From a virus (taxonomy: Duplodnaviria; Caudoviricetes), in the IMG/VR virus record IMGVR_UViG_3300012953_000099, positions 1-34,207 of that record: DNA of 34,207 nt; one strand, 5' to 3'. Below, in pieces: positions 27,827 through 34,207 of this stretch. The position numbers were made by a program, and so were the translations under genes. The notes below the pieces were generated by a model. It saw only the letters and a list, made by a program, of their open reading frames with translations. It had not been told where the DNA came from and searched no databases. The stretch's first letter is position 1. Each line of letters starts with the position of its first letter.

Positions 27827-28543
27827 ATGCCTACAGTTAATCAACCAGTAATCGTTCAACAACCTTATATTGCGAGTGGTCAATCACCTGTTATATATCA
27901 GGTGCCATCTACATACCAGGCAAGACAACCGTCTACATACAGGCATCCTTTTACATATCAGGTGCCATTTACATACCAGGCAAGACAACCTGGAACATAT
28001 GATAATAGACAGCCTTCTGAATATCAACACCCATTTACATATCAGGCAAGACAACCTGGAACTTATCAGGCAAGACAACCAGCAACATACAGGCATCCGG
28101 CAGACTATCAAACACCTTTTACATATTCACATAGACAACCAACAACATATGCAAGGCAAGGTCAAACACCATTCACATATAGTAATAGACAACCATTTAC
28201 ATATGAAAGACAAGGTCAAACTCCTTTCACATATCAGGCAAGAAGTCCGTTTACATACAGAAATCCAACAGACTATCAGACACCTTATATTGCAGATGCA
28301 AGGCAACCTGGAACATATTCTAATAGACAACCATCAACTTATCAGAATAGAAGTCCATTCACATATCAACTCTCAGTTCCAAGCACAAGACCAATAGGTC
28401 CTTTGGCAAAAGTAAAGCAGGTTTGGGTAAATGATTCTGGAACTTTAAGAAAGGCGAGTGAGTTATATGTTAATGATTCTGGAACGGCTAAAAAGATTCA
28501 TCAAACACAACCTACAGCACAATTAACCGAACCTAATACTTAG
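27827..28543 (+). CDS. Gln/Pro/Tyr repeat fibre protein B
   Basis: AAGGAG SD; residues 8-185 are 24 Pro-terminated units (mostly xTYxxRQP); C-terminus has two (W/Y)VNDSGT repeats. Confidence 0.75.
   Translation: MPTVNQPVIVQQPYIASGQSPVIYQVPSTYQARQPSTYRHPFTYQVPFTYQARQPGTYDNRQPSEYQHPFTYQARQPGTYQARQPATYRHPADYQTPFTYSHRQPTTYARQGQTPFTYSNRQPFTYERQGQTPFTYQARSPFTYRNPTDYQTPYIADARQPGTYSNRQPSTYQNRSPFTYQLSVPSTRPIGPLAKVKQVWVNDSGTLRKASELYVNDSGTAKKIHQTQPTAQLTEPNT
27848..28381 (+). repeat. Coding tandem repeat array (18/24/30-nt units)
   Basis: Recurrent ACATA(C/T)CAGGCAAGACAACC words encoding TYQARQP units. Confidence 0.85.
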
Positions 28544-28556
28544 AGTTCTTTTTTCG

Positions 28557-28564
28557 TATAAATA
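28557..28564 (+). promoter_or_regulatory. T4 late promoter (TATAAATA)
   Basis: Perfect consensus 5 nt before the ATG at 28570. Confidence 0.75.
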
Positions 28565-28569
28565 GTTAT

Positions 28570-28905
28570 ATGGCTATTATCGCAAACTTATATATTGACC
28601 AAGGAACCGACTTCACAATTACAGTAGATGTGACTGATGCAGCGGGAGATGTCCTTGTTTTAACTTCATATTCTGCACTTGCACAAATAAGAAAAACATA
28701 TAGTTCTTCTAGTGTTTCAGTAGCATTTACTACTTCGATATCAGCATCAAATGGGCAAGTCACATTAAGTTTAAATGACACACAAACAAAAGCTTTAGAA
28801 GCAGGTCGATATGTTTACGATTTAAATATTACAAGTCCTGGTGGAGTCACCACAAGAGTCGTTGAAGGACAGGCAGTAGTGACACCAGGAGTAAGTCGGA
28901 GTTAA
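28570..28905 (+). CDS. Small virion structural protein (Ig/BppU-N-like beta-sandwich)
   Basis: ANLYIDQGTDF, AQIRKTYSS, GRYVYDL, TRVVEG...VTPGV motifs common in T4-like marine phage tail regions. Confidence 0.75.
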   Translation: MAIIANLYIDQGTDFTITVDVTDAAGDVLVLTSYSALAQIRKTYSSSSVSVAFTTSISASNGQVTLSLNDTQTKALEAGRYVYDLNITSPGGVTTRVVEGQAVVTPGVSRS

Positions 28906-28907
28906 TT

Positions 28908-29150
28908 ATGTCGAACATTAAAGGAACAGTTTCAAGAGTTGCAGGTATCTCAGGTAGAGTTGGAGGCACAGGAAACATTCGTGCAAAACAAGTTCAAGTT
29001 GGTTCAGGTGGTCAAGCAGACTTAACCACAAAATCAATCAATGAACTATCAGATGTTAATGCAACAGAAACGGATGATGGACTTCTTTCATATGACCAAG
29101 CAACAGATAAATGGACAACAACCACCACTATTGACGGCGGAACATTTTAA
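28908..29150 (+). CDS. Small structural protein ending in DGGTF
   Basis: 80 aa; INELSDV....DDGLLSYD..TDKW fibre-type motif and C-terminal IDGGTF. Confidence 0.65.
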   Translation: MSNIKGTVSRVAGISGRVGGTGNIRAKQVQVGSGGQADLTTKSINELSDVNATETDDGLLSYDQATDKWTTTTTIDGGTF

Positions 29151-29165
29151 AAGTTTTAATATATT

Positions 29166-30029
29166 ATGGATGAATGGTCACCTTTGCGTGAAATCATTGT
29201 AGGAACACTTCAAGGTTTCAAAGAACACAATCACTATTCATCATATCATTCCTCAAATAAATTTATCAATACATTATATGATGAAGCAGAAGAGGGTCTA
29301 CAAACATTTCAAACACTATTAGAAAAAGAGGGTGTAATTGTCCATCGTCCTCGTGGTTTCTGTTATAATGTAAGAGATTGTGCAGTAGTATTAGGTGATA
29401 CTATTGTTGAGGGTTCTATGAGATATGAAGAAGAATATCTTTGGTTAGAATCTTTAAGACCAATATTCTTAGAAAGTGATTTAAATTATTTAATAGGTCC
29501 TAAACCCACATGGAAAAATGACGAACCCATATTTGATGGTGCAAATCTTTGTAAACTAGGAGATAGTGTTCTAATTGCAATTAATGAGACTGCAAATAAT
29601 AAAGGAAAAATGTGGTTAGAAAAAACTTTTTCAAATATAAACTTCAATTCAATAAATCTAAAAGAAGATGTATCTCATATAGATACAACTATAGTTCCTA
29701 TATCTTCTAATACTGTTTTATTAAACTCAAATAGATTAAACGAAGATACACTTCCATCTATATTGAATGATTGGAATAAAATATGGGTTAAAGAAGAAGA
29801 TTTAGTAGATGAAGCTAAAATGCTTGGATTTAAATATGGTGCAAGTAAGTGGATAGGTATGAATACTCTTTCTCTCAATGATAATACACTATTTATTAGT
29901 GAGGGGCAAGTAAAACTTATAGACATATTAGAGAGTAAAAACTTTAATTGTATACCTGTTCCTTTAAAGTATACCAGAGAACTTTGTGGTGGTTTACATT
30001 GTTGCACTTTGGACCTGGTCAGAGATTAG
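29166..30029 (+). CDS. Amidinotransferase-family enzyme (glycine/inosamine-phosphate amidinotransferase-like, pentein fold)
   Basis: EWSPLREIIVG N-terminus, RD motif, IFDGAN (Asp), SHIDTT (His), WIGMN.LS, C-terminal GGLHCCTLD (Cys): full Cys-His-Asp triad. Confidence 0.88.
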   Translation: MDEWSPLREIIVGTLQGFKEHNHYSSYHSSNKFINTLYDEAEEGLQTFQTLLEKEGVIVHRPRGFCYNVRDCAVVLGDTIVEGSMRYEEEYLWLESLRPIFLESDLNYLIGPKPTWKNDEPIFDGANLCKLGDSVLIAINETANNKGKMWLEKTFSNINFNSINLKEDVSHIDTTIVPISSNTVLLNSNRLNEDTLPSILNDWNKIWVKEEDLVDEAKMLGFKYGASKWIGMNTLSLNDNTLFISEGQVKLIDILESKNFNCIPVPLKYTRELCGGLHCCTLDLVRD

Positions 30030-30034
30030 AGTTG

Positions 30035-30042
30035 TATAAATA
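30035..30042 (+). promoter_or_regulatory. T4 late promoter (TATAAATA)
   Basis: Perfect consensus at the start of the 147-nt intergenic region before 30177. Confidence 0.75.
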
Positions 30043-30056
30043 CATATACAATCAAT

Positions 30057-30132
30057 GTGCCATTCAGTGAGGCACGAACCTCATAGTGAGAGGATAGCAT
30101 ATATGATTTCAATCTAGGGATAGTGAACTAGA
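30057..30132 (+). promoter_or_regulatory. Putative structured 5' leader: three hairpins with AGUGA-containing loops
   Basis: GTGCC-ATTCAGTGA-GGCAC (30057-30075); CCTC-ATAGTGA-GAGG (30079-30093); TCTAG-GGATAGTGAA-CTAGA (30113-30132). Confidence 0.55.
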
Positions 30133-30176
30133 ATTTTGCAAAATTTTATTAAATATATTTTCTTTAGGAGAGAAAA

Positions 30177-31817
30177 ATGGCAACAGTAATTCAAATCAAA
30201 CGAAGCACAGGAGTATCCGCACCAGCAGTCTCAGACTTAGCTGAAGGCGAATTAGCTTATGTGCAGGATAGGTCGAATTCAGGTGCTGGTGCTAAACTAT
30301 ACATCGAATCAGTAGATTCTGATAACTCAACTCCATTAATCCAAGCGATTGGTGGTAAGTATTATACAGATATCTTAGGTGGTTCAGCTGCTACACCAGC
30401 CAACTTTAAAGTTGGTAATGGTTCAACAGCAGGTGCAAGTTTACAACTATTAGAAGACAGCGACAACGGAACAAATTTCGTTGGATTAAAAGCTGCTGAT
30501 ACAATAGGTTCATCAGTTACCTTTACACTTCCAGCTGCCGACGGTTCTGCAAACCAAGTTTTGGGAACAGACGGCTCAGGAACACTTTCGTTCTTATCAA
30601 CAACTTCTACCGTAGCAGGTGCAAGTGATACTAATATCACAACTCCAGCTGACGGTGCAATGTTAATATATGACACAGGAACATCGAAATGGATAGACAA
30701 TGTTATGTCCGGCGATGCTACTATGACAGATGGTGGTGTTTTAACAATCGCAAACGATGCCGTTGAACAGGCTATGATTGCAGATGACGCCGTTGGTGCA
30801 GACCAACTTGCGGCTTCAGCAGTTGTATTTGGTTCATTAGCAGGTGCGATGGTACAAACATCAGGCGAATCATTCTCAGACGATGATGTTTCACTTATGA
30901 CTTCAGCTGCAATCCAGGACAAAATCCAAGCAACTGTAACTTTAGAAGACTTAGATGTCGCTGGTGATTCAGGAACAGGTGCAGTCGATTTAGACACACA
31001 AAGTTTAACAATCGCTGGTACAGCAAATGAGATTGAAACTTCTGCAAGTGGACAAACTATAACAGTTGGTCTTCCTAACAATGTAACAGTCGCAAACAAC
31101 TTAACCGTTTCAGGAAACTTAATATCAGACGATATTACAACTGCAACTTTAACAACATCTGGTAACTTAACAGTCACAGGAAACTTGGCAGTTAACGGAA
31201 CTACAACTACAGTAAACTCAACAACAGTAAATATTGCTGACCCTGTATTTGAAATTGGTGACGATTCTTCAGATGACAACCTAGACAGAGGTATTAAATT
31301 TAAATACAACTCTGGTGGTGCAAAGATTGGTTTCTTCGGAATGGATGATACTGACGGTTCTTTTGTTGCTCTAACAAGTGCAACAGATAGTTCATCAGTA
31401 TTCTCTGGAACTGCAATGGCAGGTAAATTCGGCAACTTAACAGCTGCTGGTTTAGCAATGAGTGGAAGTATTTCTTCTTATGCAGGTTCAGCTCCAACAG
31501 ATGGTCAGTTATTAATAGGTGATACAGCTTCAGGTATTATGGATGCAGCTACACTTACTGCTGGTGATGGTATTGACATCACTAACGGTGCAGGCGCAAT
31601 TACAATTGCGGCTGAAGTGTCAAGTGCTTCCAACTTAGGTTCTGTAATCGTAGAAGCTGGAGAGGGTATGGATGTATCTTACTCTGGTGGAACTGCTACA
31701 GTAGCTGGTGAAGATGCAACTACAACCAATAAAGGTATTGCAAGTTTTGCTACAGCAAACTTTACAGTATCAAGTGGTGCAGTTTCTATCACAGGTATCG
31801 ATGGTGGTACATTTTAA
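30177..31817 (+). CDS. Tail fibre / appendage protein with MATVIQIKRS N-terminal domain
   Basis: 546 aa; IQIKRS....P....LAEGELAY N-terminus (Mtd-N/hyaluronidase-like), GNL.VNGTTTTVNST, ATTTNKGIASF, terminal IDGGTF; AGGAG SD. Confidence 0.8.
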   Translation: MATVIQIKRSTGVSAPAVSDLAEGELAYVQDRSNSGAGAKLYIESVDSDNSTPLIQAIGGKYYTDILGGSAATPANFKVGNGSTAGASLQLLEDSDNGTNFVGLKAADTIGSSVTFTLPAADGSANQVLGTDGSGTLSFLSTTSTVAGASDTNITTPADGAMLIYDTGTSKWIDNVMSGDATMTDGGVLTIANDAVEQAMIADDAVGADQLAASAVVFGSLAGAMVQTSGESFSDDDVSLMTSAAIQDKIQATVTLEDLDVAGDSGTGAVDLDTQSLTIAGTANEIETSASGQTITVGLPNNVTVANNLTVSGNLISDDITTATLTTSGNLTVTGNLAVNGTTTTVNSTTVNIADPVFEIGDDSSDDNLDRGIKFKYNSGGAKIGFFGMDDTDGSFVALTSATDSSSVFSGTAMAGKFGNLTAAGLAMSGSISSYAGSAPTDGQLLIGDTASGIMDAATLTAGDGIDITNGAGAITIAAEVSSASNLGSVIVEAGEGMDVSYSGGTATVAGEDATTTNKGIASFATANFTVSSGAVSITGIDGGTF

Positions 31818-31844
31818 TAACGCTTAATCTAACGGAGAATTCAG

Positions 31845-32672
31845 ATGGCAACAGTAATACAATTCAAAAGAAGTTCTACTCAGAATAGTGTTCCTGCTAC
31901 TAGTGATTTAGCACTAGGTGAATTAGCAGTCAACACTTACCACGGTAGATTCTATACTGAGAAGAACGATGGTTCTGCCTCAGTTGTAGAAGTTGGGTCT
32001 AACCCAGCGTCTCTTACTGTTAACGATGCATTCACTTTTCCAACTTCAGATGGTTCTTCGAATCAGGTCTTAAAGACTAACGGTTCAGGAACTTTAGATT
32101 GGTCAGACCAACCAAGTAGTGGTATTGTAATATTTACATTTACAATGTCAGGCACTACAACATCAATCACAGGTAATGATGATAGTTCAAACTCATTATC
32201 ATATACAAGTGGTTCAGAGCAAGTATTCATAAACGGTGTTAAATTAGTTGGAGGTGGTGCAGACTATACTGCAACTAGCTCAACAGTTATAACACTTGCT
32301 GAGAATGCTCTATCTGGTGATGTTGTTCAGGTTGTTGCAATAACAGCGGCTAGTAATCTAGTTCAAGGTTTCTTTACACAAGGAAGCTTTACAGCTACTA
32401 CTGCAGACCAAGTCTTATCATCAAATGCAGTTGCGAATAAGGCAGTTAAGTATGTTATTAATGCCACACATGCATCAGCAGGAACTCACGCAGCTGAGGT
32501 TCTACTGATAAATAATGGTACAAATTCATATTTTGTGCAATACGGTGATGTTTATTCATCATCTTCATTGTTCACTTTGAGTTCAGATGTTGATTCAGGT
32601 AATATGAGACTTCTCATAACACCTGCCAACACTAACACAACAGTGGATACTTTCCAAATTAGACATAGTTAA
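31845..32672 (+). CDS. Tail fibre / appendage protein, N-terminal paralogue of 30177..31817
   Basis: MATVIQFKRS...LALGELAVN, FPTSDG..NQVLKTNGSGTL, EQVFINGVKL, C-terminal domain with KYVI...EVLL..NG......QYG. Confidence 0.78.
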   Translation: MATVIQFKRSSTQNSVPATSDLALGELAVNTYHGRFYTEKNDGSASVVEVGSNPASLTVNDAFTFPTSDGSSNQVLKTNGSGTLDWSDQPSSGIVIFTFTMSGTTTSITGNDDSSNSLSYTSGSEQVFINGVKLVGGGADYTATSSTVITLAENALSGDVVQVVAITAASNLVQGFFTQGSFTATTADQVLSSNAVANKAVKYVINATHASAGTHAAEVLLINNGTNSYFVQYGDVYSSSSLFTLSSDVDSGNMRLLITPANTNTTVDTFQIRHS

Positions 32673-32682
32673 GGAGTAGAAA

Positions 32683-33093
32683 ATGGCTAAAACAAACGCA
32701 TTTAAAATCGCTGAGTTAATAAGAGTCTTCTCTTATGATACAGCCGCTGATGTTATCACTACTTCAAAAGAACTAGATACTAAACATAGAACTTCAAGTT
32801 CTTTGACAACAACTGCAACTACAGAGGTAAATTTAGATACCTTTGCTCATGCTTCTTATAGAGCAGCGAGATACATTGTGGCAATGTCAAAGGGTTCTGA
32901 TTTCCATTCTACAGAGATAGTATTAGTCCATGACGGAAGTGCGGTGACAATGACTCAGTATGGCACACTCAAATCGGCCAGTTTGGCATCATTTGACGCA
33001 GATATTTCTGGTTCATATGCACGATTGAGGGTAACTCCAGCGTCAAGCAGTTCTACGGTTATTAATATTCATAGAGTATTAGTAGAAGCGTAA
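32683..33093 (+). CDS. Small virion structural protein
   Basis: 136 aa; LDTF....YRAARY...HSTEI.LVHDG......QYG domain shared with both flanking genes; AAGGAG SD. Confidence 0.75.
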   Translation: MAKTNAFKIAELIRVFSYDTAADVITTSKELDTKHRTSSSLTTTATTEVNLDTFAHASYRAARYIVAMSKGSDFHSTEIVLVHDGSAVTMTQYGTLKSASLASFDADISGSYARLRVTPASSSSTVINIHRVLVEA

Positions 33094-33112
33094 GACTTCT
33101 TTATATTATTCG

Positions 33113-33139
33113 AAAGGGGAACTAAGTTCCCCTTTTTTT
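33113..33139 (+). terminator. Rho-independent terminator
   Basis: AAAGGGGAAC-TAA-GTTCCCC followed by TTTTTTT, just after 32683..33093. Confidence 0.85.
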
Positions 33140-33152
33140 GGTCTACAAATGT

Positions 33153-33160
33153 TATAAATA
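33153..33160 (+). promoter_or_regulatory. T4 late promoter (TATAAATA)
   Basis: Perfect consensus between the terminator and the ATG at 33185. Confidence 0.78.
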
Positions 33161-33184
33161 GTATAACACAAGAGATTCTTTTAT

Positions 33185-34018
33185 ATGGCAACAAAATCTA
33201 AATTTTATGCAGACTTAGGGTTAGAATCAGCAAGTAATTTACAAGTTGATGGTAATGCAACCATTACAGGTAATTTGACTGTAAACGGAACAACCGTGAC
33301 AGTTAATAGTTCCACAACTTCAGTAGCTGATTCAATGTTAGAACTTGCAAGTGGTAATACATCGTCAGATACACTAGACATTGGGTTCTATGGTAATTAT
33401 GATGATGGATTATCAGATGGTGGTGCCTCAGAATATACAGGACTCTTCAGAGATGCAAGTGATTCTACATGGAAATTGTTTGATGGATTAGAAGCAGAAC
33501 CTACAACGACAGTTAATACTTCGGGAACAGGTTATGCACTTGCAGATTTACAAATAGGTGATTTGACAGCAACAACTATTACTGCAACAAACAGTATTAC
33601 AGGTGCTTCTATAGTCTTTCCAACTAGTGATGGAACTAGTGGACAGGCAATAGTCACAAATGGTTCAGGAACTTTATCTTTCTCAACTATCTCAGGTGGT
33701 TTAGAGGGTGGAACAGTAACAACTACTTCAACTTCTGAAACTACATTGGATAGTTTTGCAATAGGAACATATAGAAGTGGTAAATATCAAGTTTCAATAT
33801 CAGATTCAACTAGTGGAGATTATCAACAATCAGAAATCTCAGTAGTTCATGACGGAACAAGTGCCTATTTTACTCAATACGGAACAATAACAACAGATAC
33901 AGGCGAATTAGCATCATTCGGAGTTGATATAAACATTAATACTTTGAGAATCAGAATAACTCCTGCTTCTTCAAATTCTACTGTATTCAAATTTAAGAAA
34001 ATACTTGTAGATATTTAA
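33185..34018 (+). CDS. Tail fibre / appendage structural protein
   Basis: 277 aa; GNLTVNGTTVTVNS, DIGFYG.Y, YTGLFRDASD..WKLF, FPTSDGTSGQ...TNGSGTLSF and the shared YRSGKY...VHDG...QYG C-terminal domain. Confidence 0.78.
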   Translation: MATKSKFYADLGLESASNLQVDGNATITGNLTVNGTTVTVNSSTTSVADSMLELASGNTSSDTLDIGFYGNYDDGLSDGGASEYTGLFRDASDSTWKLFDGLEAEPTTTVNTSGTGYALADLQIGDLTATTITATNSITGASIVFPTSDGTSGQAIVTNGSGTLSFSTISGGLEGGTVTTTSTSETTLDSFAIGTYRSGKYQVSISDSTSGDYQQSEISVVHDGTSAYFTQYGTITTDTGELASFGVDININTLRIRITPASSNSTVFKFKKILVDI

Positions 34019-34048
34019 GATAAGCTGGTCCCGAGAGGACACACTTAT

Positions 34049-34056
34049 TATAAATA
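34049..34056 (+). promoter_or_regulatory. T4 late promoter (TATAAATA)
   Basis: Perfect consensus upstream of the ATG at 34093, preceded by a small GTCC-CGAGA-GGAC hairpin (34028-34040). Confidence 0.75.
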
Positions 34057-34092
34057 TCTGTATACTAACACATTTCAAACTAGGAAAGAAAT

Positions 34093-34207
34093 ATGGCAAC
34101 AACAAATACATTTGTAGTAGAGTATGGATTGACAGTTGGAACTACCGAAGTTATTAATTCATCAGGAAAATTAGCTGCTTCAGCAATTTCTGAACTTGAT
34201 ACTGATA
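34093..34207 (+). CDS. Partial (3'-truncated) structural protein
   Basis: AGGA SD, ATG at 34093, open to window end: MATTNTFVVEYGLTVGTTEVINSSGKLAASAISELDTD. Confidence 0.65.
   Translation, partial: MATTNTFVVEYGLTVGTTEVINSSGKLAASAISELDTD

Noticed and set aside
27813-27829. Readthrough or sequencing error joining repeat proteins A and B
   Set aside because: B has its own AAGGAG SD and ATG in a different frame, and no slippery run is present, so two genes is the simpler reading.
26490-28381. Repeats as a CRISPR array, a DGR template/variable repeat pair, or a DNA inverted repeat
   Set aside because: Units are codon-multiple, vary at synonymous positions and have no unique spacers. There is no cas or reverse transcriptase gene and no adenine-specific mismatch pair. 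The two arrays are not reverse complements, so the symmetry exists only at the protein level.
26565-28397. Cys-, His- and Arg-rich repetitive ORFs in alternative frames (e.g. 26565..26843, 27870..28397, 27884..28111)
   Set aside because: By-products of stop-poor tandem repeats in the real genes; no ribosome-binding sites.
30362-31435. 357-aa minus-strand ORF
   Set aside because: Antisense shadow of a Thr/Gly/Ala-rich fibre gene; no independent coding signal.
30177-32672. Mtd-like N-termini as a sign of a diversity-generating retroelement
   Set aside because: Only the N-terminal structural module is similar; no C-type-lectin variable region, template repeat or RT is visible in the window.

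Overview
AT-rich segment of a T4-like (marine Kyanoviridae/pelagiphage-style) myovirus genome covering the baseplate, tail and tail-appendage module. Minus strand (right to left): gp4 head completion, gp2 DNA end protector, gp54-like tube initiator, gp26-like and gp51-like hub/chaperone ORFs, a 2-TM protein and a gp29-like tape measure. Plus strand: gp48, gp53, gp27-like hub, gp5 (no lysozyme), gp25, gp6, gp7, gp8, a 2229-aa VrlC-like protein and a run of fibre/appendage genes interrupted by an amidinotransferase. T4 late promoters (TATAAATA/CATAAATA) punctuate the region. The most striking observation is a pair of adjacent Gln/Pro/Tyr repeat genes (26424-27815, 27827-28543). Their proline-delimited repeat units are mirror images in length for 23 consecutive units and show compensatory unit-type swaps, suggesting two proteins that zip into an antiparallel fibre by a pairing code. 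Also notable are a probable -1 frameshift (T TTT TTT) fusing the gp26-like and gp51-like ORFs upstream of the tape measure, and a late 5' leader with three hairpins that each display AGUGA. All assignments come from motif recognition and synteny; no searches were run.
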